A DNA stretch of 39,700 bases. Source: a virus. Lineage: Duplodnaviria; Caudoviricetes. Within the stretch, counting starts at the first letter, position 1. The number at the start of each line of letters is the position of its first letter. Shown piece by piece: positions 1 to 9,413 of this stretch. Made by a program: the position numbers and the translations under genes. Where the stretch lies: IMG/VR virus record IMGVR_UViG_3300020045_004042, positions 1 to 39,700 of that record, one strand, 5' to 3'. A model generated the notes under the pieces. The model was not told the origin of the DNA and made no database searches. It was given only the letters and a program-made list of their open reading frames with translations.

Positions 1-121
1 AGGGTGTTGATGGCAAGCTTGGCGTTCCATTCGGGTAAGCTGAGAATCTATATTGTGGCTGTGGCAATCCCACATCTCTGTACACCGTTGCAGACTTACT
101 TCCTCCTGTGCTATTAAGACA
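1..121. repeat. Terminal direct repeat (copy 1), circular-assembly overlap
   Basis: 1-121 is identical to 39580-39700, and a CDS reads seamlessly across the junction. Confidence 0.95.
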
Positions 122-1588
122 ACCATAAACGCCGGAGCTTGGGTTAATAAGAGTTACTGTTCCACCTGTATACAGACAGTTTTCCTTGAAGTAGCTATGA
201 AATGCATGAGTTGAGTACCAACTAATTTGACTGTCTGTAAGTTGCCAGTCAGAAGTCCACGTACCAGTGAGAACCGGATAGTTTTTTACTGCGTAGTCAT
301 AAGCTGCGCAAGCATCAAACTTACCCCAGCCCTGACAATTATCCCGTACTGTTTTATTATTCGCTACTCTAGTTGAGTTGATTGCAACCGTCATTGCTTG
401 ATCTGCTGTTATTCCCTGTCTTCTAGCTATGTCTGCTAGAACATTAGCAACAGGAGCTACAGCAAAACTAGAGCCAATAACACCTACATAACCAGAAACT
501 GGGTCAGGTACTGAAACTTCTGCAAACTCATTCACCATGTCTACACCAATTCCACAGGAAGTTACAATGTTCGGAGTAAATGTACCATCTACAGTTCCAA
601 TAGTTTTTTGACCTACCACTAGGACATCATGATTCGGATCAGCTAGCGACTCCATTCCTAATGGCGGTATTGGTGAGTCAGGCTTCCCATGAGAAGTAGC
701 TGCAACTACCAAGGAATTATGTATGTCTCTACTCAAGGCTATAGCTTGTAAAGCATCTGCATTTTCCACATTTGCTGCAAGTGGAATAGTAGGAGTAAAC
801 ATCATTGGGTAATAAGCAACTGCTGTTTGTGCTGTACCATTAGTATGACCATTTGATACTGCTTCGTTTATTATCTCATAAATACTAAACGGTACGTGTA
901 CTGCTCTGGAATAAATATAAGGGTTACCTACCTGCATTACAGCCCAAGCCACATTGTTGGGGTGGGGATACTTTGGGTCATTACTTTTCAGCCAGTTCCA
1001 GTAGCTTGCCGGCAGTCCTCCGTCATCTATCTGATCCCAAGTAACATCGCTATCATAGTATTTATTAGCTCTGTTCCCATCAAGACTAATAAGTTTAGGA
1101 CTTGTCGCTCCTGGAACACCATCTCCTTTATATTGAGCACATGACATTCCTATGTTATCTGTCCAGGCATTTGAGTAGTATGGCCCATCAGTAGCTTCTT
1201 GAAAGTATAATCCAACCACCTCAGACTCAATCTGCCTGAAATGTATGCAAGTAGCAGTAGACAGCGAGCCTTCTATAGTAGCTGTCTGCGCGTTCCATTG
1301 CGCTTCTGTTGCTTGAGGATCGGCCATCAAAGCTTTTACCTGTGCAGAATAGGTATTGTGTACTACTGACAACTCTCCTAAATTATCTTCGAATCCTGAC
1401 AAAGAAACAAAACTAGCAGGTTTCCAACCTAGGCTGTTAAGCTGATCCAAGCCTTGCTGTACTGTACAGTTGGGGAGCAGACTTACACTAATAGAACCAC
1501 TGTTACTATCTGCAACCGCTGGAACACTAAATACACCTAATGCTAGCAACCAAAACACCTTCAACTTCTTCTTTAAGTAATTTCTCAT
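1..1588 (-). CDS. Secreted subtilisin-like (S8) serine peptidase, divergent, 529 aa; stop codon lies across the circular junction (39578-39580)
   Basis: Not in the ORF track. Manual translation from ATG 1588 (GGAG RBS at 1597-1600) is open to base 1: MRNYLKKKLKVFWLLALGVFSVPAVA|DSN signal peptide; ISLDG (D170), PHPNNVA (H209), LVVAATSHG, DVLVVG, IGSSFAVAPVA (S374) and QGWGKFDACAA occur in subtilase order. Confidence 0.75.
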   Translation of the reverse strand, partial: MRNYLKKKLKVFWLLALGVFSVPAVADSNSGSISVSLLPNCTVQQGLDQLNSLGWKPASFVSLSGFEDNLGELSVVHNTYSAQVKALMADPQATEAQWNAQTATIEGSLSTATCIHFRQIESEVVGLYFQEATDGPYYSNAWTDNIGMSCAQYKGDGVPGATSPKLISLDGNRANKYYDSDVTWDQIDDGGLPASYWNWLKSNDPKYPHPNNVAWAVMQVGNPYIYSRAVHVPFSIYEIINEAVSNGHTNGTAQTAVAYYPMMFTPTIPLAANVENADALQAIALSRDIHNSLVVAATSHGKPDSPIPPLGMESLADPNHDVLVVGQKTIGTVDGTFTPNIVTSCGIGVDMVNEFAEVSVPDPVSGYVGVIGSSFAVAPVANVLADIARRQGITADQAMTVAINSTRVANNKTVRDNCQGWGKFDACAAYDYAVKNYPVLTGTWTSDWQLTDSQISWYSTHAFHSYFKENCLYTGGTVTLINPSSGVYGCLNSTGGSKSATVYRDVGLPQPQYRFSAYPNGTPSLPSTP

Positions 1589-1602
1589 GTTTGCAGCTCC
1601 TG

Positions 1603-2145
1603 TTAGTCCATACCAAGATAAAACACGGAGCCAGTTTCGCCTGCTGCTGGAACTGGAATCGGTACCACCGCATAGCTAGAGGTCCAGCAGTACACAACCA
1701 CCTTGTAGGCTTCAGTAGGAGTACTTACATTTGCGCTTTTGGTAACCGCTACTGTGTAAATACCGGCGCCGCCTTTAGCTGCTGGTGTAAAGCTTGAACT
1801 GGTGTCACCATCAGTGGGATCAAATGCAGATTTAACTGTTATTGCATTCTGTGTTTTTGAAACAGCTACCGCAAACAATCCCGGCAAAGCTGGTGCTTCG
1901 TCAGTAACATTAGCCCCTATCATGTAGGTCCCAGTCGGACAGTTCACTTGATAAGTGTCGGTGAGAGTACCGCCTTCAGGAAGCGTGCCGTACAGATACA
2001 CTAACCCTGGCCCCCAAGAAGGTGAATACAAGATGTTGTCAGGGGCAGCTTGCGCCTTACCTACCGGTAGTACCAATGCAAGTACTCCTGCCAATGCCAA
2101 TGCTACCATTATGCCGTTCTCGAATCTGATCTTTCTTCTTAACAT
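1603..2145 (-). CDS. Secreted beta-rich protein with Sec signal peptide (bacterial-type, 2 Cys)
   Basis: 180 aa; basic N-terminus, hydrophobic core and AQA|AP cleavage motif; TDTYQVNC...DPTDGD...GGAGIYTVAVTK...YC. Confidence 0.75.
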   Translation of the reverse strand: MLRRKIRFENGIMVALALAGVLALVLPVGKAQAAPDNILYSPSWGPGLVYLYGTLPEGGTLTDTYQVNCPTGTYMIGANVTDEAPALPGLFAVAVSKTQNAITVKSAFDPTDGDTSSSFTPAAKGGAGIYTVAVTKSANVSTPTEAYKVVVYCWTSSYAVVPIPVPAAGETGSVFYLGMD

Positions 2146-2216
2146 AACATTTTCTCTCTTTAGCTAGTTGCCGTAAAACTGTCCGGCTCAGTACTACGTG
2201 AAACCAGTTGCCTGCT

Positions 2217-4271
2217 TTAAATCGCTACTCTCGACCAAGTTGCAGAGCCGCGAACATAGGCTCCTACTCCTATGCCAAACGCGGCATTGTTGTTGTAGAA
2301 ACTAGCCCCAGGTGCATGATTACCAACAGTTGCATCCAGCGTTGCACCATCAAGAGTAAAGTTATTCATAATGACATTACCGCCCAGTTGTAAGACTGCT
2401 GATGCGTTTTTAGTGAATGTATTGTTGTTGGCATTACCACTGGCAATAGATAGTTTAAGCGTGAGGTTAGCGCTATTCAGGTTTCCCAGTGAGGCGCCCG
2501 ATACAGAGTTTACGTTCCCTACTGAAACCTCTACTGTTTTAGCACTACCAGGATATAAGTTAAATAAGCCTTTAGCTGAGCTTCCACGGCACACGTAATT
2601 ACCGACTTGAAGTTTACAGCTTCTATCGCTTTCAAGTAAAAACGTGTTACTTCCAGACGTTGTTAAATCCTGATAGGAGTCAACAGATACAGAGTGCCCA
2701 TCTAAAACCAAACAAGCAAACGCGCCTATATTGGGGCCTATCCCTGAGTAACTACCAATATGCGCATAAGAAGCCGCGCCGGTATTATTTAGCCTAATGG
2801 CTCGATGCACTATCGCTGTGCCAACTGAATTAACAGTTAGATTACCAACGTTAATATTGTAGTTTCCACCTGCGCCAATACATTCAATTGCGCCGAAAGA
2901 ACTACCCGCTCCTAAATCAACATCATGGTGTAAATTGCCTATATTTAGCGTGGAGTTAATATTGCTTTGATTCATATAAACAAGGTATTGCCGTGCTCCG
3001 TTAGTGCCAGCTTTTGCCCTTCCTGTGATAGACCCAATATTAACTTTAGCCGTCATAGTAGCAGGATAATTACTACCTACTGCAATCGGCCCAAATGTCG
3101 TTGTATCCATTTCGGCAATCACCGATCCAATGTTACAAACTACTGTTGTTGCCTCTCCGGAAACTGTGTCTAATCTAAGTGCTGGCGTTTTTGCATTAGC
3201 ATAGGCATAGATGGAGTCAATAGTTGCGTCTATTCCACCGGCCGCACTGCCTGCCAATAATATGCCACGTGTTTTCTGCTTATTAGGTGCGCTGTGTTTA
3301 ATATGTATGGATTTAACAGGGCCATTTGAATTAACCGTAGTATCGGCGTCTTTTAAATCAAGCTCAGTAAAGCCCACATTAGAAGTTGTAACAGCGAATG
3401 GATCGTCACTGGCACTTCCGCCAATTTCTTCCACTATGATATTTTGCGCTGGCCCTATGAACTGCACGGAATTTGAGGGGCTTTCTGCCATTGGCATAGA
3501 AACTACCGAATGTCCAGAGTTGCCGATATAACAGCCGTATTTAATAGCGTTTTTTGTTTTAATTGTCCAGCGGATATTGGCTACTTTGTTGAGAATTGCC
3601 CCCATAAGTTGTAGCGGACTGCCAGCTGTGGTGTTGTAGTCTATTACGCCATCACCTTCCACGATAATACTAGCATCCGCTTTGTAGATTATAGGAGTAC
3701 CGGCAAATGCACCCACGGGCGCCGCTCCATTAAAGCCGTACATATGGACTTTAAACTTACGGTTGTTAGTATCGGTGTTATCGATTGCCAGCACTTCATA
3801 AAATCCGTTGATCTGTTCTGCTGTGTCGTTTTTGATATAGGCGGTATCACCGACAACTAAGCCGTGCGCTACTGTTCCTGTGTTAAATGTTGCTGTAGTG
3901 GTTCCGGTTGCTCCTGCTCCAAGCACGTTGGTATCGTAAGCATAAGCGGCTGATACTAAAGCAACCTTATTGCTTTTCCAGTTCCGGTTAATGAACATGG
4001 AGCCTAGTACAGATATATCATTCAACAGGGTTACGCCTGCACCCAAGTAAATATTGGTAATAGGAGGCAAATATATCTTCGCGTTGCTGTCTGTTTCTGG
4101 GCCAGCACCAATGTTATAAACTCCAGGTGTAGTAATAACTATGGGGATATTGTCGTTAAGCGCTTCTTGTAGCGCAGTAGCGTTTTGCTCTCCTGTGTTT
4201 TCAGGTGATAATCCGCCGGACTCTTCGAATGGATTCCCCCGTGTAACAATATCTTTATATTCGACGCTCAT
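2217..4271 (-). CDS. Tailspike / receptor-binding protein, probable right-handed beta-helix
   Basis: 684 aa, rich in G/N/S/V/I; NATALQEAL..TPGVY start motif typical of pectin-lyase-fold spikes; follows the tail fibre. Confidence 0.7.
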   Translation of the reverse strand: MSVEYKDIVTRGNPFEESGGLSPENTGEQNATALQEALNDNIPIVITTPGVYNIGAGPETDSNAKIYLPPITNIYLGAGVTLLNDISVLGSMFINRNWKSNKVALVSAAYAYDTNVLGAGATGTTTATFNTGTVAHGLVVGDTAYIKNDTAEQINGFYEVLAIDNTDTNNRKFKVHMYGFNGAAPVGAFAGTPIIYKADASIIVEGDGVIDYNTTAGSPLQLMGAILNKVANIRWTIKTKNAIKYGCYIGNSGHSVVSMPMAESPSNSVQFIGPAQNIIVEEIGGSASDDPFAVTTSNVGFTELDLKDADTTVNSNGPVKSIHIKHSAPNKQKTRGILLAGSAAGGIDATIDSIYAYANAKTPALRLDTVSGEATTVVCNIGSVIAEMDTTTFGPIAVGSNYPATMTAKVNIGSITGRAKAGTNGARQYLVYMNQSNINSTLNIGNLHHDVDLGAGSSFGAIECIGAGGNYNINVGNLTVNSVGTAIVHRAIRLNNTGAASYAHIGSYSGIGPNIGAFACLVLDGHSVSVDSYQDLTTSGSNTFLLESDRSCKLQVGNYVCRGSSAKGLFNLYPGSAKTVEVSVGNVNSVSGASLGNLNSANLTLKLSIASGNANNNTFTKNASAVLQLGGNVIMNNFTLDGATLDATVGNHAPGASFYNNNAAFGIGVGAYVRGSATWSRVAI

Positions 4272-4549
4272 AACAATATATCCAGAATAGTAAGGTTCAA
4301 AACACCAGTCGATTCAATTTCAGAAATTTTTATGTCTGCTGATTCGGCTGATAATGTAAAGAAAAGTTCTTTGATTTGTTGGGCGAATACATTCCCGCCA
4401 CCGGAAAGCACAATTTCGTTAATAACTTTCTTCTTTTGCTGCTCGCTCAATAGCGCGTAACATTGGTCTAAATCAGCGATAGAGAAGTCACGCCATTTCG
4501 ACTCAATTATCCTTGATTTCAGTTTGGTTTTATTTTTAAGCTGAGCCAT
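4268..4549 (-). CDS. Hypothetical tail-associated protein
   Basis: 93 aa, translationally coupled between fibre and spike. Confidence 0.7.
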   Translation of the reverse strand: MAQLKNKTKLKSRIIESKWRDFSIADLDQCYALLSEQQKKKVINEIVLSGGGNVFAQQIKELFFTLSAESADIKISEIESTGVLNLTILDILL

Positions 4550-5574
4550 TATCTACACCTGAATACAACGCGCCAACTAGCGTTAGTAATGTTGTCAAAA
4601 TTATTAGTACTACGATTCAGTATATCAATATTCGTATTATAAAAGCCTATCGTTGTAGAATTGACAAAGAGCGAAGGCCTGGCCGCCCATTGTGCCGCTG
4701 ACGGGGCTTCGTCAATCACAAATTGAACTTCATCATCCACCGAATAGCCGAGATCAGTCGTCTTACAGCGAATAATAACAGAAGCCTCTTTGGGTATCCG
4801 TCCCAGCCCGTGCGAGACACTAAGAAGCGTATTGTTTGTTATGGTCTGCTCTGAGGATTCAAACCATCCGCTACTGCAAACAAAGGCCGTTGTGGCTATA
4901 CTGGTATCATTATCGCCAGCGGCTGGCGTTGGCGCCGTTGGGTTGCCGGTCAATGCTGGGCTTGCTAAGGGGGCATATCCAGGTGTTGCGACAAGTGAAG
5001 TCCCGTCTTGTTTTATGACATTAACACGGACAACCCCAGTGGAATCCTTATTGACAAAAATTCTATCACCGGCTGCGCAAGTATAACTGGCCCCGCCGTT
5101 TATATTTAAATTCGTGGCGTGGTGCGTCAAGGGCCAAGCCGCCGCCGCAATCAACTGCATTTGCTGGCCTGCGGTAATGGTAATTGCCGTTGTAGTGGTT
5201 GTCCCGGTTATAACAACGGTGTTTCCAGTCGCCGCCGTTAAATCTAAAGTAGTGGCCGAAGCGATAGCCGCAGCTGAAGCCAACTTAACCAGGCCGGTAA
5301 AAGTGTCTCCTGCTAAATTTGATTTCAAAATCAATTCGTCATATCTTACCGAATGCCCTGAAGAACTTCCCGCCGATAACCCCGTTAATTTATGGTTTGA
5401 CATGGGGATGTCATTGGCAACGCTGGATTGGCCATCGCAGGCAATAGAATTGGTTATCTCCGAAGCAATATCGTTAATAACGGAATTGTATTTTGTTTCG
5501 TCAATAATGGTATTGACGACCGCCGGGAATGAAGCACCTGGCGGATTGTACACCCCTGACCCGTTTCTACTCAT
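4549..5574 (-). CDS. Tail fibre protein
   Basis: MSRNGSGVY N-terminus and the APLASPALTGNPTAPTPAAGDNDTSIATTAFV fibre motif. Confidence 0.8.
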   Translation of the reverse strand: MSRNGSGVYNPPGASFPAVVNTIIDETKYNSVINDIASEITNSIACDGQSSVANDIPMSNHKLTGLSAGSSSGHSVRYDELILKSNLAGDTFTGLVKLASAAAIASATTLDLTAATGNTVVITGTTTTTAITITAGQQMQLIAAAAWPLTHHATNLNINGGASYTCAAGDRIFVNKDSTGVVRVNVIKQDGTSLVATPGYAPLASPALTGNPTAPTPAAGDNDTSIATTAFVCSSGWFESSEQTITNNTLLSVSHGLGRIPKEASVIIRCKTTDLGYSVDDEVQFVIDEAPSAAQWAARPSLFVNSTTIGFYNTNIDILNRSTNNFDNITNASWRVVFRCR

Positions 5575-7027
5575 TAATAACTCCTGCTGCTGCGGGTTGT
5601 GTTAAGCGCCGAACTATATCGGCAATCATTTCCTGTTTATCGTAGCCGCCTAAAAGCGCTTTTTGCACTGGTTTTGTTTGTCCTACCCATGCGGCCGGAA
5701 TTCCTATCGCCATTTTTGCCGCAGTTGCCGGATTGAAATAAGCCCCGGTTAATGCAGCGCCGGTTAATGTCGATCTTATTGCCGTGCCTGAATCATTCAA
5801 AGTATTGCCCAATACTTGAATTGCCGTTTCGGCGTCTTTCTTTAATCTAGCGGCTCCACGGCCAAAATTCGACTTATCCTTTTTTTTATCCAGTGCACGA
5901 ACTGCACTTAAAAGCTGTTTGCCTGAAAATTCACCCTCTCTTGCGCCTAAGGATGTAGCGGCTTTCTGCATGGTTTTGAATAACCCGTAATGCTGATCAA
6001 GCGCCTTAAAATCATTGGCCGCTTGTTCTGGGATTTTCTGTGAAATATACGTCTTAATGAAATTAGATGCTGATTTGAACGAATCCCCTATCTCCTTCTC
6101 GCTTGCCAATGGTGACGACAAATAACGCTCGCTCTTTGCGCGTAATGAAGAGGCAACAGAATTTAATTGATCCGCCGTTAAGTTACGCTTTGGAAGCGTG
6201 TCCAATTCAACTTGAATTCCCTTAGCTACCCCTGGATTAGCGCGAATTATGGAATTAATCTTGCTGTTAAATATCGAATCTTTGTTAATTACATGAGGAG
6301 AAAGCGTGTTTTTATAGGCGGCGCTATAAGTCTTTTGTAGTGAATCAATGGCCTTGCTTCCGGTCTCTCCGGCTGCCGATACGTTAAGACTTGGGACTTC
6401 TGCCTTCTTAACAATGGCGTGCCCCCACTCTGTTACCGCGCGGTCTCTAGCGTGCTCTATTGCCTGTCCTACCCCCGGTATGGATTTGGCCGCCTCTTCC
6501 ACCCTTCCGATCGTTTTGCCAAGTATGCCTGATTTATCTATTCCTTGGCCTACAGTGGGCTGAACACCCTCTGATATTAACTCTTTTGCGGCATCACTGG
6601 CCTTGAATCCTTTAATGGCATTAGCAATATTGCCGACAACAGCCGAACCTGCCGCGGTAGTTAATGCGTTATTTGCCCGTTCCTCCATGTCTCCCGGCGT
6701 TGTGGCACCGGATAGCAACCCTGACATGGCGGCGGTTTTGAGCACCCCGCCCGCTGGCAAAGCATAGTATGGCAATGAGGAACCGACCAACTTTCCGGCT
6801 CCGCCTGCAAAGCCTGTTGCATTCGACAAGCCTTCCTTCGCCATTTCGTTTAATGTTTCTGACCCGGTTATGCCACTGGCCGCCTTAAGTAGCTCTCCAC
6901 CTATACCGGAAGTTAAACGAGTAATTGGGCCTTTTTCTGGCTCAGAAGGGGAAGAGCTACTACCTCCTGCTTTTGCTTCTAATTCAGCTAAGCGCCTTAA
7001 AGCTTGTAATTCCTCTTTTTCGTTCAT
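5567..7027 (-). CDS. Internal virion / DNA ejection protein
   Basis: 486 aa, Ala/Gly-rich and helical; lies between the SLT protein and the fibre. Confidence 0.65.
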   Translation of the reverse strand: MNEKEELQALRRLAELEAKAGGSSSSPSEPEKGPITRLTSGIGGELLKAASGITGSETLNEMAKEGLSNATGFAGGAGKLVGSSLPYYALPAGGVLKTAAMSGLLSGATTPGDMEERANNALTTAAGSAVVGNIANAIKGFKASDAAKELISEGVQPTVGQGIDKSGILGKTIGRVEEAAKSIPGVGQAIEHARDRAVTEWGHAIVKKAEVPSLNVSAAGETGSKAIDSLQKTYSAAYKNTLSPHVINKDSIFNSKINSIIRANPGVAKGIQVELDTLPKRNLTADQLNSVASSLRAKSERYLSSPLASEKEIGDSFKSASNFIKTYISQKIPEQAANDFKALDQHYGLFKTMQKAATSLGAREGEFSGKQLLSAVRALDKKKDKSNFGRGAARLKKDAETAIQVLGNTLNDSGTAIRSTLTGAALTGAYFNPATAAKMAIGIPAAWVGQTKPVQKALLGGYDKQEMIADIVRRLTQPAAAGVINE

Positions 7028-8505
7028 TTTTTGAACCTTAATCTTAATTGCTCAAGCTCTTGCTGTTCTTCCGGGGTTAATCCAATATCCTCTTGTTCTT
7101 TTGCGCCCGTTATTTCTTTTATTTTAGCTTCTATATCTGATATGGCGTTATAAACATCGGTAATGTTTTGAGATGACTCTAAAATACCTTGTGCTCTTTC
7201 CAAATACGACCGATCAGCGTTTGATATTTGAGCGCCTAAACTTCCGCCGGTTGCCGCTAGTACCAATTGAGCGCCCAGCTTTTTAACTTGGGTTGTATTG
7301 GCTGTCAGTGGATCTTCTGTATTGCTATACTCATGATAAAGCATTCTCAGCCGATCAGCCGGACTCGCTCCCGTTATCATCTTTTCATCAGGCGGCACAA
7401 GTCGTCCCGTTTCGTCCCTGTTTATAACTGGATTTCCTGATTCGTCGGAAGGGTATAAATACCGATACATCTGATTTAATGTTTGCCCGGTAATCTTTGC
7501 GCCTTCTGTTCTTTTATTGCGCTCCTGTTCTATTTTTTGTTGGTTTTCAATGTCTGATACGGCTTGTTTTTCTTCGATCTTTATAGGTAATTCAGCCCGT
7601 GCTTTTGCTTCCGCTGCTTCGGCTGGACTTTGCCCCATCACTGGCCCTAAGACTTTTTCAGCATATTCATTCCCCGCCTGGCTATCAACATTACCTAATC
7701 CAGCGTTATAAGCGGCCAATCCTTTTTTCACATCGCCGCCATTTTGCTTGATCATGGCGCGTAAATAATCGGAACCAAAACGGATTTGTTCGTCTGGCGT
7801 ATTGCCTTGCATAGGCTGGACGCCATAGCCTGGATTTTTAGCCGTTTCGGGCATAATTTGAGTTAAGCCGGTTGCCCCCTTTGGAGAAACGGCATTCGGA
7901 TTTCCGCCTGATTCAACATTGATTAAGCTGCCAATCAAATTTTTAAAATCCCTTGGGTTAGCGCTATACTGAGTTGACCTGTACGGGTGCCCTTTTGCGT
8001 CGGTAAGTTCTACCCCTTTTTGCCCTTCTCTACCAGCCGTTATATTTGCTTGCAATTCTGGTGACGATCTTGACATTGAATACGGCAATTCCTCAATATC
8101 CGTTCCTCTTTTATTGACCCGTAACACGCCTTTTGTGGTATCCAGATAATCATAAACGGGGCCATCCTGCGCATTGGACATGCGCATTTTTATTGCTTCT
8201 TCAATCATTCCCGCTTTAGCCAAATCATTGGAGGCAGTCGGAGAAGAAAAATCTATCTCGCTTAATTGTTTTAGCCTTCTGGCTTGAATCGCGTCTTTTT
8301 CCTTGTCCGCCTTGTTTCCGATATAAGCGCCGCTTAATTGCTGTGCTATTTTACTGATAGCCGTTAATGGACTGACCGGCACCACATACCCGCCCGCTTG
8401 TTGATTGGTATCAATCGGCTCTTGTCCTTGTTGCATTAACATTTCGGCAATACGTTGCCTTCTGTCAATGGCGGCTTTTTCGGCTTGCATTTCTTCTAAG
8501 GTCAT
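7024..8505 (-). CDS. Internal virion protein with lytic transglycosylase (SLT) domain
   Basis: LINVESGGNPNAVSPKGATGLTQIMP and LAAYNAG SLT motifs. Confidence 0.85.
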   Translation of the reverse strand: MTLEEMQAEKAAIDRRQRIAEMLMQQGQEPIDTNQQAGGYVVPVSPLTAISKIAQQLSGAYIGNKADKEKDAIQARRLKQLSEIDFSSPTASNDLAKAGMIEEAIKMRMSNAQDGPVYDYLDTTKGVLRVNKRGTDIEELPYSMSRSSPELQANITAGREGQKGVELTDAKGHPYRSTQYSANPRDFKNLIGSLINVESGGNPNAVSPKGATGLTQIMPETAKNPGYGVQPMQGNTPDEQIRFGSDYLRAMIKQNGGDVKKGLAAYNAGLGNVDSQAGNEYAEKVLGPVMGQSPAEAAEAKARAELPIKIEEKQAVSDIENQQKIEQERNKRTEGAKITGQTLNQMYRYLYPSDESGNPVINRDETGRLVPPDEKMITGASPADRLRMLYHEYSNTEDPLTANTTQVKKLGAQLVLAATGGSLGAQISNADRSYLERAQGILESSQNITDVYNAISDIEAKIKEITGAKEQEDIGLTPEEQQELEQLRLRFKK

Positions 8506-9413
8506 CTGGCAAACCCTCTGTTGTACTTGTTCATAACAATTTGACCGGTCAATTTATTAATATTTCCAACCCTATCCGGTTGATTGTTCCGTATCATTTC
8601 AGCCAATTGGAGCTCTTTCTGCCTGGCAACTTCTTTTTCTTTACTTGGTTGGTAAGCTTTTGAAATATTGCTACGGTAAGCGTCATACTTATTGGCCGTT
8701 TTCGCTACATTCGCGGCTTTGCTTAATATCCCGGCAGGTGATCCACCCAATGAAGCTAAAGCAGGTGTTACCGCATTGGTGGCGGCTGCCGTACCCGCCG
8801 TGCCGAGTGTGCCAGCCCCAGAAGCCCCCGCAACACCCTGATAAGCGCCAGAAGCGAAAGCGGGCGTTATTGCGCCAGCCCCGACTAAACTACCTGTTGT
8901 TGTGCCTGCCGTTGCTCCTGCACCTGCTCCAATTGCGGTGGATTGAAACGCCGGTGTTATGGCGGCTGATCCCGCCGCTCCAAATCCCGCTGTTCCGCCA
9001 GCCGCGCCTGCACCGCCACTGGCTGCAGGCGCTCCTGCATTAGACGCGCCTGCCGCTGCTCCACCTGTTGCATAAGTTAATGCTGCAATCAATGCAATAT
9101 CGCCGCCATGATTGTTCCACCAGTCCTGATACGCTTTGTGTCTTTCCGGATCGACCTTGCTTAGCGTTTGCCGGATTGGATCGGCTTGGCCGAGTGTTTT
9201 GCTTTCAAAATTTAACGCCGGGGCAAGAACTCTATTCGCCCCAGTGATTAAATAATCCTCACCCTCATGTAATTTTTTCGATACTTCACCGATAACGGGT
9301 AATTTTTGCGTCAAATCTAACGCGCGAATCATTCCTACTACGGAGGATTTATTTTTATCCTGCCACCCTTCCCGGTAATCCGGTTGATTGCGCCAATCGC
9401 CGTAATCAATCAT
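8502..9413 (-). CDS. Gly/Ala-rich ejection (pilot-like) protein
   Basis: 303 aa with a long G/A/T hydrophobic tract; gene order. Confidence 0.6.
   Translation of the reverse strand: MIDYGDWRNQPDYREGWQDKNKSSVVGMIRALDLTQKLPVIGEVSKKLHEGEDYLITGANRVLAPALNFESKTLGQADPIRQTLSKVDPERHKAYQDWWNNHGGDIALIAALTYATGGAAAGASNAGAPAASGGAGAAGGTAGFGAAGSAAITPAFQSTAIGAGAGATAGTTTGSLVGAGAITPAFASGAYQGVAGASGAGTLGTAGTAAATNAVTPALASLGGSPAGILSKAANVAKTANKYDAYRSNISKAYQPSKEKEVARQKELQLAEMIRNNQPDRVGNINKLTGQIVMNKYNRGFAR

Noticed and set aside
1-121. 121-bp terminal repeat as a biological DTR
   Set aside because: It falls mid-gene and the reading frame continues across the join. A k-mer overlap from circular assembly is more parsimonious.
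2217-5574. Diversity-generating retroelement targeting fibre or spike
   Set aside because: No reverse transcriptase ORF and no TR/VR repeat pair seen.
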